Assembly (NCBI GenBank): GCA_963769025.1
Contig: CAVYKI010000003.1
Coordinates: 992,001-1,056,000, forward strand
Direction of reading: 5' to 3'
Origin: an uncultured Verrucomicrobiae bacterium
GTDB taxonomy: Bacteria; Verrucomicrobiota; Verrucomicrobiia; Chthoniobacterales; Chthoniobacteraceae
Length of the DNA: 64,000 nt
Positions 23,020 to 34,291 of this stretch are shown here, one piece after another (the stretch's first letter is position 1; each line of letters opens with the position of its first letter). Position numbers and translations under genes: made by a program. A model generated the notes under the pieces. The model was given only the letters and a program-made list of their open reading frames with translations. It searched no databases and was not told the origin of the DNA.

Positions 23020-24510
23020 CTATTGCGGGTTCACCTGCACGCCATTCGCCGGAAACACGCGAAAGATTCGCAGCGGATGCCCCTGCGGCTCGCCGTCGCG
23101 GATGATGGGGTTCTCAAAGACCGGCCAGAAGCTCCGGATGTTGCCTTCGATGACCCTGACCGCCTGATCGTGGTATCCCGCGCGGCTCGTGCTGGGAACC
23201 GAGCTGTCGAGCACGATGTAGCGGATGTTCCCCGCGGTGAGGTGCGCGAGAAGCTGCTCGTCCTCGAGGAAGCGCTCCAACGGCTTCCCTGCCGGCGTCG
23301 CGCTTGCAGATTCCACAAGGGTCTCGCTGCCGCGCTCAACACTGATCTGCCGCGCAGCGTCGCCCATCGCGATTTCCGAGATCAGCATCCCTTCCCCGCG
23401 CGGGTCCGAAACCACGAGCACCCGCGCCGGGCCGTGCGCTTCGTCGATGAGCGTATGCGCTATGGGGGCGAAGCCGTGCCACTCCTTCCTCGGCCAGTCG
23501 AGCAGGCTTGGCGGGAGCGCGAGCAGAAGAAGAAGCACGAGCCAGAGCGCCCTGCGCCGGGAACGGTCCGCTTCGGGCATCGTCCCCGACTCCACTATCC
23601 GGGCCAGCGACACCGCACCGCGCGTGGCGAGCATCGCCAGGGCCGGGGTTGCGACGACGAGGAGGCGCACGTCCGGGACGCCCACTTTCATCCACCGCGC
23701 AAGCAGCACGCCCGCGACGAGCGCTCCCATCGCAATCCAGAGCGTGGTCGCCTGCGTGCCCGGGCCGCGCGGGATCACCAGGCCTGCGACCGCAAAAGCC
23801 GCGGCTGCGATGCCGAGGACAAACGCACACTCGGTCAAAAAATGCATGGCGGACTGCGGGTCGCCGGGGCGGAGCTTGAAGGCCACCGCGAGGGCGAGCG
23901 CCAGCACGCATCCACCACCGAGGATGACCGCCACCCCCAACCATCGGCCAACCCGGGCAAGGCGCGGTCCAGGTGCGTCGATCAGACGCGCCCAGAGCAC
24001 CAAGGCCCCGGTAAAAACAAACGCCCCGAGCACCCCGGGCAAGAGCGTTTCGTACGATTGCCTGACCACCGGCGCGGCGAGCCACAGCACCGAGGCCACC
24101 ACCCCGGCCCAGTCCCCGAGCTCGCGACGCACGGTGCCGAAAATCAGCGTGGCCGTGGCCGCGGCGAGCATGGCCATGAAGAGCAATGCGGCGACGCGCG
24201 AGGTGCCGAAGACGAGCATCCATGCGCCTTGCGCGACATCGAATGCCGACGTCCGCCTGAGCGCCGAGATCGGCTCGCCCACTGAAATCCCGCCTCCCGC
24301 GCGTGCGCGTTCCCACGTGCGCAGGGCCGAATCATGCACGCGGATGCCGCTCACATAGTGCGCGGCAGCGTCGGGATGTCCGCCAAACTCACTGTGGAAT
24401 GCGCCATCCGCCCATTGGAAGAATGCTGCCACGTCGAATGCGACGACGAACGCGATCAGGAGGCGCACCCACGGGCGGATTTTCTGGGGAGGAGCAGGGT
24501 CGGTGGACAT
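23020..24510 (-). CDS. Multi-pass membrane protein, GT-C glycosyltransferase-like
   Basis: About 10 hydrophobic segments; first loop FGGHPDAAAHYVSG; periplasmic C-terminal domain. Confidence 0.6.
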   Translation of the reverse strand: MSTDPAPPQKIRPWVRLLIAFVVAFDVAAFFQWADGAFHSEFGGHPDAAAHYVSGIRVHDSALRTWERARAGGGISVGEPISALRRTSAFDVAQGAWMLVFGTSRVAALLFMAMLAAATATLIFGTVRRELGDWAGVVASVLWLAAPVVRQSYETLLPGVLGAFVFTGALVLWARLIDAPGPRLARVGRWLGVAVILGGGCVLALALAVAFKLRPGDPQSAMHFLTECAFVLGIAAAAFAVAGLVIPRGPGTQATTLWIAMGALVAGVLLARWMKVGVPDVRLLVVATPALAMLATRGAVSLARIVESGTMPEADRSRRRALWLVLLLLLALPPSLLDWPRKEWHGFAPIAHTLIDEAHGPARVLVVSDPRGEGMLISEIAMGDAARQISVERGSETLVESASATPAGKPLERFLEDEQLLAHLTAGNIRYIVLDSSVPSTSRAGYHDQAVRVIEGNIRSFWPVFENPIIRDGEPQGHPLRIFRVFPANGVQVNPQ

Positions 24511-24725
24511 GGAGTGATGGGAGGGAAATGCGCGGCTGCCGCGAGCGTCCGCCGCGACCGGCACATTTTCAATTCACTTCAAGTCGCCGCCCGGCGCGCC
24601 CGTGTCCAAGGGTTTCTCCCGACCCTAATCGCGGCAACCGTGGCGCCCCGCAGCGTCCGGGGACGGCGGGACGGGATCCCGACGACCGGAAACGATGGGA
24701 CAAATATGGGGCCGCGGGCCCCGCG

Positions 24726-26133
24726 CTAGATGCTGGCGGCCGAGTATTCGTAGCCCTTCCGATACGCCTTGCGCTTGATGTAGTTGTTCGCCTCGGGGTG
24801 GTTGCCGACCTTGAGGGCCGCCGAGTCCCATTCGAGGCGCTTGCCGGGGAAGCGCATGGCGAGGCCGCCGATGAGCGTGAGCTCGGTGAGCGGGCTGGAG
24901 TAGTCGAAGTGGCCGGCCCAGGCGTCTTCCTTCCCGGCTTTGATGCACTCGGTCCATTCCTGTTGCGGATTGCCGGGAGTGCGGCTGCGGGGTTCGGTCT
25001 TCGGCGTCGGCTTGGCGAGGAATTCCTCGCGGCGCTTCAGCGGCCAGATCTGCGGATCCTTCGCCTGATCGTTCTTGTTAAAGATGATGCCCTCGCTGCC
25101 GACGATGAACCAGCCGCCGGGGGAAACGTTGCCGCTCTTCTCCGGGTTCTTCTCGTTTTTGAAGGCTTCCTTCAGATCGATGATCTCGGGGAAGTCCGGC
25201 AGGTAGGGCGTGCCGTCGGGCTTCTTGCCCTCGTACCATGTGAGCGTCACGTTGCCGTGCGAATTGCCGGGGAATTCCATTTTCACGACCGAACCGGTCG
25301 GCCATGCGATGTCGGTGAGGTCGTCCACCTGCGTCGCGGTGACGAAGCTCGGCACGCCGAGGCCGAGGGCCATCGAGGGCGCATCAATGAGATGGCAGCC
25401 CATGTCGCCGAACGCTCCCGCGCCGTATTCGAGGAAGCCGCGCCATTTGAAAGGATGGATGGTCGGGGAGTACGGGGCGTCCGGCGCCTGCGCCGAGCCA
25501 GCGCTCCCAGTCGAGCGTCTCGGGCACGGGCGACGGGGTGATGATGGCGCTCTTGCCCTGCGGCCAGATGGGGCGGTTCGTCCACACGTGGACTTCCTTC
25601 ACCTTGCCGATGGCGCCGGCGGCGATCCATTCCTTCACCACGCGGTTGTCCTCGTAGGTGTGGCCCTGGTTGCCCATCTGCGTGATGACTTTTTTCTTCC
25701 GCGCGCCGAGATGGAGCTGGCGGTTTTCCCAGAGCGTGTTCGTGAGCGGCTTCTGGATGAAGATGTGCTTGCCGTGGCTGAGCGCGTGCATCGCCGCGGG
25801 ATAATGCGCGTGGTCCGGCGTGCTGATGGTGACGGCGTCGATGCCCTTCACCTCGTCGAGCATCTTGCGGAAATCGGTGAACGCCTTCGCGTCCGGATAC
25901 TTTGCCTGCGCTTTTGCGAGGCGGGTCCTGTCCACGTCGCAGATGGCGACGATCTCGTTGTTCTCGGCGGCGCTGGAGGTGTCCGACGCGCCCTTGCCAT
26001 CGATGCCGATGCAGGCGATGGCGAGTTTCTTCGACGCGCCCTGCGCGAGGAGGAGGTTGGGGAACATGCTGGTCGCCGTGATGGCGCCGATGCCTTTGAT
26101 GAATGAACGACGGGGGATGCGTGGATGGATCAT
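24726..26133 (-). CDS. Tat-exported Gfo/Idh/MocA oxidoreductase, one frameshift near 25480
   Basis: PRRSFIK Tat motif, ISTPDHAH, QKPLT, TQMGNQGH; GDMGCHLID follows in the next frame. Confidence 0.88.
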
Positions 26134-26217
26134 GATGGGAGTGGTATGGAGGTGAGTGGGTAGAGCATCATCTCCAGCGTGTGGGAAGCTTAGAACGCGG
26201 GGCGGACGGAGGGAGAA

Positions 26218-27553
26218 TCAGAGTTTGATGCCGAGTTTCTTGAAGCCGTTCTTGATATCCGCCTCCAACGCCGCAGGGTCGCGTCCGTCGAAAAGGATGC
26301 CCAGCTTTTCGATTCCGGTGTCCTCGGAATGCTTCGCCTTCGGCTTGGGAAGGTCGCTCGGGAAAGTGTAGCTGCCGTCGCCATTCATCTTCACCCTTGG
26401 GTCCTTGAAGAAGCGATCCCACTCGTCGCGCGCCTCGGCCATGGCGTCGAAATATTTCAGGAAGCGCGTCCCTTTCCCATCCCCGTCGAGGTGGCAGAAG
26501 TAATAGACGAGGATGTAGGACTGGTAATAGAGCAGGTGCTGCGAGTGCTGCGCCGAGGAAAGGCTCTCCCAGTTGTCGCGCTTCATCGCGATGTGCTCGC
26601 CGAACGGGCGGAACTCCGAGGTCAGTGCGCGCTGGCCCGCCGCTTTCGCGATGTACTCCTTCAGCCCGCGCGCATGGGAACCCGCGAGGAAGCGCCCGGC
26701 GTTGTACGGGAGGCTCTCGGTGTATTCGGCCGTGCCCTCGATGATCCACTTCGGCAGGAAAGGCAGGAAGTCGTGCATCATCTGGTGCGTGACTTCGTGC
26801 ACGATCGTGTCGCCGCGATAGTCCGGTTTCTTGAACCACGTCTTGCCCTGCAGCTGGAGGCCGAGGCTGGGAAACGGGATGCGGAAGATGCGGTCCTTGG
26901 AAAAATAGACGCCGCCGGAATTCACCGGGCCGCCGTCGGCAAAGTAGTCCTCGCGCGTGACGTAGAGCCTCGCCTGATAGTAGCCGAGGTCCGCAGGCGG
27001 CTTCGGATCGATGGCCCACGGGAGCGCGGAGACCAGCGAGCGGGTCGCCTCGAAGGTCCGCGCGACTTCCTTCATCACACTGCCCGCGAGCTTGTCCTGC
27101 GAGACGAACTCGAACGACTGCGACTTGTACACGTAGCGGCGCTTCGCGGCGTCCTGCTCGCCGAGTGTTATCTCGATGGTGTTCGGCGGCACCTCGACGA
27201 TCGCCGGCCACGCGCGCGGCTTTGCGGCGGAAGGTGCGCCCGGTTTGCCGTTGGTCGCTGCCGCTGGCGCGGCGGGAGAGGTTGGCACCGGGGGATTCGG
27301 CGGCGCAGCCGCCCGGATCGCCGCCTGATCAGCAGCCGAGAGGAGATTCACCGCAAACTTCGACGTCTGTCCGTTCGCCAGAAGCAACGTCACGTTCCCG
27401 CCATCCATGCTGACGAACTTCGCCTGGAATTTTTGCCCGTTTGCCGCGGTCCAAACGCGCATCGCCTGCGCGTGGCTGCTGCGCGTCCGCGCAGAGTGGG
27501 AGGAACGAAAATGCGGCGACGGCGACGGCACGGAGCACTATCTGGGGAACCAT
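26218..27553 (-). CDS. Secreted SHD1-like domain + zincin-like (HExxH) protein, frameshift near 27470
   Basis: Signal peptide MVPQIVLRAVAVAAFSFLPLCADA in one frame; RVWTAANG..LSAADQA (SHD1-like) and IVHEVTHQ..PKWIIEGTAEY in the next. Confidence 0.7.
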
Positions 27554-27680
27554 GAGGCGCGAGGTAACAGGCGCGTGGAGTCGGGTCAATCGCGCGCACT
27601 GCCGTCGGCGCGTCGGAAAGGAGGCATTCAACGCTGAATGCAGTGCACGCCCGCGTCCTGCCGTCGGCGGCCGCAAAAGA

Positions 27681-29069
27681 TCACACGTGGATCGCGTGTC
27701 CGGCGGCGACTTCGGCGGCTTCCTTCACGCCCTCGCTCAGCGTCGGGTGCGCGTGGATGGTCGCCTCGATCTCCTCCCACGTCGCCTCGAGCGTGATGGC
27801 GAGGCCCAGCTCGGCGATCATCTCGGTCGCTTCCGATCCGATGATGTGCGCGCCGAGGATTTCGCCGTGCGGCTCGCCGACGATCAGCTTCACAAAGCCC
27901 TCGCTCTCGCCGATGGCGCGCGCCTTGCCGCTGGCCATGAACGGGAACTTGCCGATCTTGAATTTCTTGCCCGCCTCCTTCGCCGCGCGCTCCGTGAGGC
28001 CGATGCTCGCGACCTGCGGCTGGCAGTAGGTGCAGCCGGGGAAAATGGTGACCTTCTTCGGCTTGAACTTCGCATCGAACATCCCCTCCACCGCCTGCAC
28101 CGCCTCGAAGCTCGCGACGTGCGCGAGCCACGGCGGCCCGATGATGTCGCCCGCGGCGAACACGCCCTTCACGCTCGTCTCGTAGCGGTCGTTCGTCTTC
28201 ACGTAGCCCTTCACGAGTTCGAGCTTCAGCGCGCCGCCGGGCAGCACGGGCTGGATGCCGATGGCCACGAGCACCATCTCGGCCTCGATTGTCTTTTCCG
28301 CGCCCGCCGCGTCGGCCACGGTGATTTTCACGCCGCTGTCGCCCACCTCCGTCTTCGTCGTCTTGTGGCCGAGCAGCGACGTGATGCCCTGCTTCGCGAA
28401 CGACTTCTCCAGCGCCTGCGACACCTCGGTGTCCTCGATCGGCAGCAGATTCGGCAGCATCTCGACGATGGTGACCTTCGTCCCGAACGCGTTGAAAAAA
28501 TACGCGAACTCCACGCCGATCGCTCCCGCGCCGATGATGACGATGCTCTTCGGCTGCGCCGGAAGTGCGAGCGCCTCCTTGCTCCCGATCACCGTCTTGC
28601 CGTTGAACTCCAGTCCCGGCAGCGGCCGCGATACGCAGCCCGTGCCAATGAGGATTTTCGCCGCCGTGTGCACCTCCTCCTTGCCGTCCGCCCCTTTCAC
28701 CTTCACCTCGCCTGCCTTGTCGAGCGACGCCTCGCCTTTGATGGAATCAATCTTGTTCTTCTTGAACAGGAAATCCACGCCCGCCGCGCCCTTGTCGGAC
28801 ACGACTCGCGAGCGCTTGATGATCGCGCCCCAGTCGTAGCTGAGCCCGTCGATCTTGAAGCCAAACTCCGTCGCGCGGTGCTTCATCGTGTGGAAGAGCT
28901 CGGCGTTTTTCAGCAGCGCCTTGGTCGGGATGCAGCCCCAGTTGTTGCAGGTGCCGCCGCCGCGTTCCTTTTCCACACAGGCGACTTTCTTGCCGAGTTG
29001 CGCCGCTTTGATCGCAGCGACGTAGCCTGCGGGTCCTGCTCCGATGACGATGAGGTCGTAGTTGGCCAT
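27681..29069 (-). CDS. lpdA: Dihydrolipoyl dehydrogenase
   Basis: GAGPAGY, GGTCNNWGCIP redox disulfide, GAGAIGVE and HAHPTLSE motifs. Confidence 0.95.
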   Translation of the reverse strand: MANYDLIVIGAGPAGYVAAIKAAQLGKKVACVEKERGGGTCNNWGCIPTKALLKNAELFHTMKHRATEFGFKIDGLSYDWGAIIKRSRVVSDKGAAGVDFLFKKNKIDSIKGEASLDKAGEVKVKGADGKEEVHTAAKILIGTGCVSRPLPGLEFNGKTVIGSKEALALPAQPKSIVIIGAGAIGVEFAYFFNAFGTKVTIVEMLPNLLPIEDTEVSQALEKSFAKQGITSLLGHKTTKTEVGDSGVKITVADAAGAEKTIEAEMVLVAIGIQPVLPGGALKLELVKGYVKTNDRYETSVKGVFAAGDIIGPPWLAHVASFEAVQAVEGMFDAKFKPKKVTIFPGCTYCQPQVASIGLTERAAKEAGKKFKIGKFPFMASGKARAIGESEGFVKLIVGEPHGEILGAHIIGSEATEMIAELGLAITLEATWEEIEATIHAHPTLSEGVKEAAEVAAGHAIHV

Positions 29070-29253
29070 AGAAAAAATGAGAGCCGCGACCATGCGGGCG
29101 AGGGCGCGCAGGCGTCAAACGGCTTTTTGCCAGCGCTGCCCTCGCACGCCGTCGGCGGCGTGGTCGGGCTTCCGAGTTCGAGGTTCTTCGCACGATCGCT
29201 AAAACTCATCCAACGGATAGAAACGATCCGGAGACGGCATAGGTGATGCTTTT

Positions 29254-29677
29254 ATGGCGGCTATGAAACGCGCACCTCGCTCCCCCGGTTTTACCCTGAT
29301 CGAAATCATGATTGTCGTCGCGATCATTGCGTTGCTCGCGACCATCGCCATCCCGAACTTCCTGCGCGCCCGCAAGCGCGCGCAAGCAACCCGGATGATG
29401 GATGACCTCCGCCTGATCGACAACGCCATCGACCGGTACGCCGCGGACAACTCGAAAGCCGGCGGGGCACCCGCGTCGTGGGAGGATCTCCAGCCGTACC
29501 TGAAAAAGAACATCGTCCTCTATCATTCGATGGGCATCGACCTCCTCGGCAACCCCATCAACGACGGCCCGCTCTTTCACCGTCGATCTCATCCCGAAGG
29601 TGAACACCAGTTCCTTCTCGACACTCTCAGACGTGGCGCCTCGCGACTTTTGGGTGCCCTTCGATCCCCAGCCGTAA
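29254..29677 (+). CDS. Prepilin-type N-terminal cleavage/methylation protein (pseudopilin), one frameshift near 29575
   Basis: G|FTLIEIMIVVAIIALLATIAIPNF; removing one base gives the ending ..FTVDLIPKVNTSSFSTLSDVAPRDFWVPFDPQP* at 29677. Confidence 0.85.
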
Positions 29678-29688
29678 CCGCGGCGCAC

Positions 29689-32600
29689 TCAGCCGAGCAC
29701 GCCCCGGATCGCGGTGCGCAGCGAATCGCTGGAAAAGGGCTTCTGGATGAAACTGGCGAGTCCCTTTCCCGCGAAGCGCACGAGCGCCTCCTGCTCGTTA
29801 AAGCCGCTCATGAGAACCACCGGCACATCGCCGCGCAGGCTCCTCATCCCGGCGAAAGTCTCCGCGCCATCCATGTGCGGCATCGTCAGGTCGAGCAGCA
29901 CGAGCACAAACCGGCCGGGGTCCGCGCGGAACACCTCCAATCCTTCCCGGCCGTCGGCCGCGAGCACGGACTCCATGCCCATGTGGGTCAGCATCTGCGC
30001 GACCGTGGAGCGGATGGACGGCTCATCATCCACGACCAGGACCGTGCCATGGCCGCGCCAGTGGCTGGAAACGGCGGGCTCTTCCGGCGCGGCCTCCACC
30101 GGCCCGCTTGCAGCGGGAAAGAGGAGCCTGAACGTGCTTCCACGGCCCCGCTCGGAACTCACCTTCATCGCGCCGCCGTGCCCGCGGACAATGCCCAGCA
30201 CGGCCGCGAGACCGAGTCCGCGCCCGGCGAACTTCGTGGTGAAAAACGGATCGAAAATCTTCGCCTGCACTTCCTCGTCCATGCCGCAGCCGTCGTCGGA
30301 GACCTCCAGCGAGACGTATTCTCCCTCCGGCAAGCCGTACGGCATCATCGCTGCGGCCAGATACGCGCGGTCAACGCGGACCACGCCCGTGGTCACGTCG
30401 ATCACCCCGCCTTTGTCGCCGATCGCATCGGACGCGTTGATCACGAGATTCATGATCACCTGCCGGAGCTGCGTGGCGTCCGCCTCCATGGGCGGCACGT
30501 CCTTCCCGGCGGAGAGCCGGAGCACGGCCTTTTTGCTGATGGAGATTTGCAGCATCGGGGCGATTTCACCGATGAGCTCGCCCAGATCGATGCGGCGCAC
30601 CACGAACCGTCCCCGCCCGGAATACGCGAGCATCTGCTTGCAAAGATCCGCCGCGCGCAGGGCGGCCTGGCTGACCTGATCCAGGCACTCATGCACCGAC
30701 GAGCCCGGCGCGACCTCATAAAGCGCGAGGCTCGCGTTGCCGAGGATGGCGGTGAGGATGTTGTTAAAATCATGCGCAATGCCTCCGGCGAGCACGCCGA
30801 GGCTCTCGAGCTTTTGCGTTTCCTGCATCTTGCGGGCGAGCTGCTCGCGTTCGGTCTTCGCGCGCCGCCGTTCCGTGACGTCGTGGGCCAGCACCACCTC
30901 GGCGCGCCGTCCGTCGAAATCCATCCCGTGCGAGGTGATCTCGACATCGATGAGCGAACCATCGCGTTTGCGGTGGCGCCAAACGCCCGCCTCTTCCAGC
31001 CCGCCGGTCACCGCCGCGACATTCGCCAGCAGTGACGGGACATCCCCGGGCGGGCGGATGTCCTTGATCGTCATCGCGAGGAATTCCTCCTCGCTGTAGC
31101 CGTAGTGCGTGACGGCTGCGGCGTTCACCGCGAGGAAACGCAGCGTTTCGAGATCGTAGGCCCACATCGGATGCGGGTTCGCTTGAAAGAGCGTGCGATA
31201 CCGCGCCTCGCTGTCCCGCAGCCGGCGTTCCGCCAGCTTGCGCGCGGAGATGTCCGTGACGCTGCCACGCACCACCGCATGGCCCCCGATTTCCATCCGC
31301 AGCAGCCGCACTTCGCACGGGATGTCGCATCCTTCGGCGTCGCGGTGCATCCACTCGAAGACAGGCTTTTCGCCCGCCATCGCCTGTTTGAGGAACTCCA
31401 TCCCTTTTTCGGCCGAAGGCCGGCCATCCGGCTGCATCGGCGGGCTCAACTCCATCGGCCCCGAGCGCAAAAGTTCGTCGATCGACCGCTTGAACAGCCG
31501 TTCGGATGCGTCGCTGACCAGCAGGAAGCGTCCCGTGGTCATGTCCAAAAGCTGGATGGCCTCCGGCGCGTGCTCGATGATCTTGCGGAAGCGCTCCTCG
31601 CTTTCGCGCAAGGCCGCCTCGCCCAGCTTGCGCCCGGTGATGTCGGTCACGATGCCATCCATCCGGAGCGGCTTGCCGCCGGCGTCGTTCACGATCCGAC
31701 CACGATCGTGGACCCAGCGCACCGCGCCGTCGTCGCGGACGATCCGGTATTCCGCATCGAATTCCCCCATCTCGGGCACTCGTTGGAATGCGCGCACCAC
31801 CGCCTCCCGATCCTCCGGGTGGATCATCGCTACCCATTTCAGCGGATCGGCGATGAACTCGGACGCCGGCCGTCCATACATGGCTTCGACCGCGACGCTC
31901 AAGAAGTTCAGGGCCTGCCCGTCCGGCGTGCTCGACCAGACCACGTCCTCCATGGAGTTCAGGATGCTGTCGAGTCGGCTGCGGCTGTCGGTGAGGGCCA
32001 TCTCGGCCATTTTGCGCTCGGTGATGTCGCGCTGGATGCCGAGGAAGCCGGTCATCACTCCGTCGTCATCGCGCACCGGCGAGACGAGCAGCGCGTTCCA
32101 GAAAATCGTGCCGTCCTTGCGATAGTTCAGGATCTCGCCGTCGAAATAGCCGTCGCCGTGCAGCGCGGTTTTCAGCCGTTCCACCGTTGCCGGGTCCGTC
32201 TCCGGGCCTTGGAGAATGGCGCAGCTTTTCCCGAGCAGTTCCGCCTCGGTGTAGCCGGTGAGCCGGGTGAAGCCGGCATTGGCAAAAGTGATCCGCCGAT
32301 CATGTCCCGCGAGCAGCATTCCGAGCGAGGCATCGCTAAGCGCGCGCTCGAACAGGGTCTGGATCCCGACCGCGCGGAGCCGCGCGAAGTGAAGCGCCGT
32401 GATCACCCAGCCGAGCAAGGCGCTCGTCGCCATGAAAATCCACAATACGACGACCTGCTCGATGGGCTCGGCCCGGTGGAAGGGACCGCGACCAGTGGCC
32501 GTTCCATAGGCTGCGATGGCCGGTAGCAAGATCAGCGTGAGCGATGTGCCGATCGACCCAAAGCGCAGCGCCGCCCACGCGACCGTCGACAACGGCACAA

Positions 32601-33261
32601 ACGCCAGCGCCCAAGGCTGGCCGTTCGGCCCACGGTTCAGGACGAATACGCCCCAGGCCGTGAGAAAAGTCACCCCCAGCCAGCTCAGAAACTCCCATCG
32701 CCGGACAACGATCCCGCGCCATTGCCTGCGGGCGAAGGCGAGCAGGAGCGGCGCAGCGGCGATGACGCCCATCGTGTCCCCGGCCCACCACGTCAGCCAC
32801 GCGGCGAGGCGGTCATCCGGCAGCATGCCGGAAAGCGAAAGGTTTGCCACACCGATGCTCGCGGAAAGCAGCATGCCCAGCGCGCCGCCTGCCGCGAGGA
32901 GCAGGATGTCGCGCTTGCGATCGAACGCGGGGTGGATGCCCATCCGCCTCAGCGCCCAAGCGGCCAGTAACGGTCCCAGCGTGCTCCCCACCGTGATGCC
33001 AGCCGCAACCCGCCACGGGATGCCGGTGGCGAAATTTACCAGGAACGCCCCGAGCGCGACGCCCGGCCAGCATCCGTTACCACAACGCAAAAGCCCCGCC
33101 ACCGCGATGCCGGTGGGCAGCCAGAGGAGCGTGACATGCGAACCGACCGCCGGCAACTGGAGCCCGAACCAGCCGGTGACAAAATAGGCCGCCGCCAGCG
33201 AAAGAGCGCGCAGCGCGGTTCTCAAATGGTTATTTTTGGGAAGAGTGCCACCGAGGTTCAT
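29689..33261 (-). CDS. Hybrid sensor histidine kinase: MASE1 - LOV/PAS - 3 PAS - HisKA - HATPase - REC
   Basis: LWLPTGIA and WWAGD (MASE1); four PAS domains ending DITE/DITG/DISA/DVTE; AGGIAHDFNNIL H-box; FTTKFAGRGLGL; C-terminal REC. Confidence 0.93.
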   Translation of the reverse strand: MNLGGTLPKNNHLRTALRALSLAAAYFVTGWFGLQLPAVGSHVTLLWLPTGIAVAGLLRCGNGCWPGVALGAFLVNFATGIPWRVAAGITVGSTLGPLLAAWALRRMGIHPAFDRKRDILLLAAGGALGMLLSASIGVANLSLSGMLPDDRLAAWLTWWAGDTMGVIAAAPLLLAFARRQWRGIVVRRWEFLSWLGVTFLTAWGVFVLNRGPNGQPWALAFVPLSTVAWAALRFGSIGTSLTLILLPAIAAYGTATGRGPFHRAEPIEQVVVLWIFMATSALLGWVITALHFARLRAVGIQTLFERALSDASLGMLLAGHDRRITFANAGFTRLTGYTEAELLGKSCAILQGPETDPATVERLKTALHGDGYFDGEILNYRKDGTIFWNALLVSPVRDDDGVMTGFLGIQRDITERKMAEMALTDSRSRLDSILNSMEDVVWSSTPDGQALNFLSVAVEAMYGRPASEFIADPLKWVAMIHPEDREAVVRAFQRVPEMGEFDAEYRIVRDDGAVRWVHDRGRIVNDAGGKPLRMDGIVTDITGRKLGEAALRESEERFRKIIEHAPEAIQLLDMTTGRFLLVSDASERLFKRSIDELLRSGPMELSPPMQPDGRPSAEKGMEFLKQAMAGEKPVFEWMHRDAEGCDIPCEVRLLRMEIGGHAVVRGSVTDISARKLAERRLRDSEARYRTLFQANPHPMWAYDLETLRFLAVNAAAVTHYGYSEEEFLAMTIKDIRPPGDVPSLLANVAAVTGGLEEAGVWRHRKRDGSLIDVEITSHGMDFDGRRAEVVLAHDVTERRRAKTEREQLARKMQETQKLESLGVLAGGIAHDFNNILTAILGNASLALYEVAPGSSVHECLDQVSQAALRAADLCKQMLAYSGRGRFVVRRIDLGELIGEIAPMLQISISKKAVLRLSAGKDVPPMEADATQLRQVIMNLVINASDAIGDKGGVIDVTTGVVRVDRAYLAAAMMPYGLPEGEYVSLEVSDDGCGMDEEVQAKIFDPFFTTKFAGRGLGLAAVLGIVRGHGGAMKVSSERGRGSTFRLLFPAASGPVEAAPEEPAVSSHWRGHGTVLVVDDEPSIRSTVAQMLTHMGMESVLAADGREGLEVFRADPGRFVLVLLDLTMPHMDGAETFAGMRSLRGDVPVVLMSGFNEQEALVRFAGKGLASFIQKPFSSDSLRTAIRGVLG

Positions 33262-33406
33262 GCCGTAGGGGTCAGAGCCATGCCGAGGTGCATCCTCTAG
33301 GAACCGACCGGGGGATGTAAACGATCGTTTCGTTACAGTCGTGCAACGAGCTGGCGGGCGTCACATCGGCACCCACAGCTGGAAATCTCGCGCGCCTTTG
33401 CTCCAC

Positions 33407-33441
33407 AAAAAAACAGGCCGGTTGGGACACAACCGGCCTGT
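33407..33441 (-). terminator. Intrinsic terminator
   Basis: ACAGGCCGGTTG-GGACA-CAACCGGCCTGT perfect stem preceded by an A-run on + (a U-tract on -), just downstream of the minus-strand gene ending at 33475. Confidence 0.85.
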
Positions 33442-33474
33442 CTGAGAATTGGGATGAAATGGAAATCCCGGGGA

Positions 33475-34291
33475 CTACCTCGGCGGTGGCGGCGGATTTC
33501 CCTGCGGCTCGCGATCGCCGCGCGGCGACGGGCGGTCGCCGGGAGGATGCGGACGCGACTTCTCATGCGGTCCGCCGTCGCGGTGCATGCGATTTTCGCT
33601 CCGGTCGGAATCCCTCCTCGGGGGCGTCGGCGGGCGCGCGTCGCGCGAATCGGGACCGGGACCGCCACGCATGTGCTGCGAACGGTCACCGGATGTCGTG
33701 CGATTGACGAGACGCTGCATGCCGTCGCGCAACTCCTGCACCTGGCGGGTGAGCACCATCACTTGATGGCGAAGTTCTTCCATTCCCGGAGGGCCGCTCC
33801 GCGGTCCGTGGGGCATCGGGCCGGACCCGGGGGAGCGGTGGGACGCCTCCGGACGGTCACTGATCGACGGGCGGCGCGTTTCCGGGCGCGCGGCTGCGCT
33901 CCCCGTCGCGGGGACCGCCTTCGCGCATTTCAGGACGGCGGTTCCAAGGTGCCAGGGCGCCCGGTTGCGGGCGGCGGCCTTCTTCACGGCGGACATCGGG
34001 CTTCGGCGGCTCAGGCCGGCGGCTTTCCTCGCGGCGGGCGTCGGGCTTGGGTGGCTCGGGCCGCCGACCTTCTTCGCGGCGGGCATCGGGCCCGGGGGCC
34101 TCGGGGGGGCGGCCTTCTTCGCGGCGGATCTCAAGCCGGGGTGGTTCGGGCCGGCGGCTCTCGGTCGGGCGGCCCTCGGGGTTTTCACGGGGACGATCAG
34201 CTTCGCGGCGCGGCTGGTCTGGCGATTGGGAATTCGCGGCACCCGTGAAACACAGGGCGGCGAGCATGGGTAGGAGGAGTTGAGCTTTCAT
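33475..34291 (-). CDS. Secreted Pro/Arg/Glu-rich repeat protein with short coiled coil, frameshift near 33895
   Basis: Signal peptide MKAQLLLPMLAALCF, RREEGRRPEPPKPD repeats, then MEELRHQVMVLTRQVQELRDGMQRL in the adjacent frame; followed by a terminator. Confidence 0.65.
33965..34165 (-). repeat. 45-bp coding tandem repeat (about 4 copies)
   Basis: RREE-encoding units recur with a 45-nt period (about 34120, 34075, 34030, 33985). Confidence 0.8.

Noticed and set aside
29254..31035. 593-aa ORF with a pilin N-terminus
   Set aside because: Read-through caused by a frameshift near 29575; the rest is antisense to the histidine kinase.
33965..34165. Periodic repeats as a possible CRISPR array
   Set aside because: Degenerate in-frame 45-nt coding repeats without unique spacers; no cas genes.
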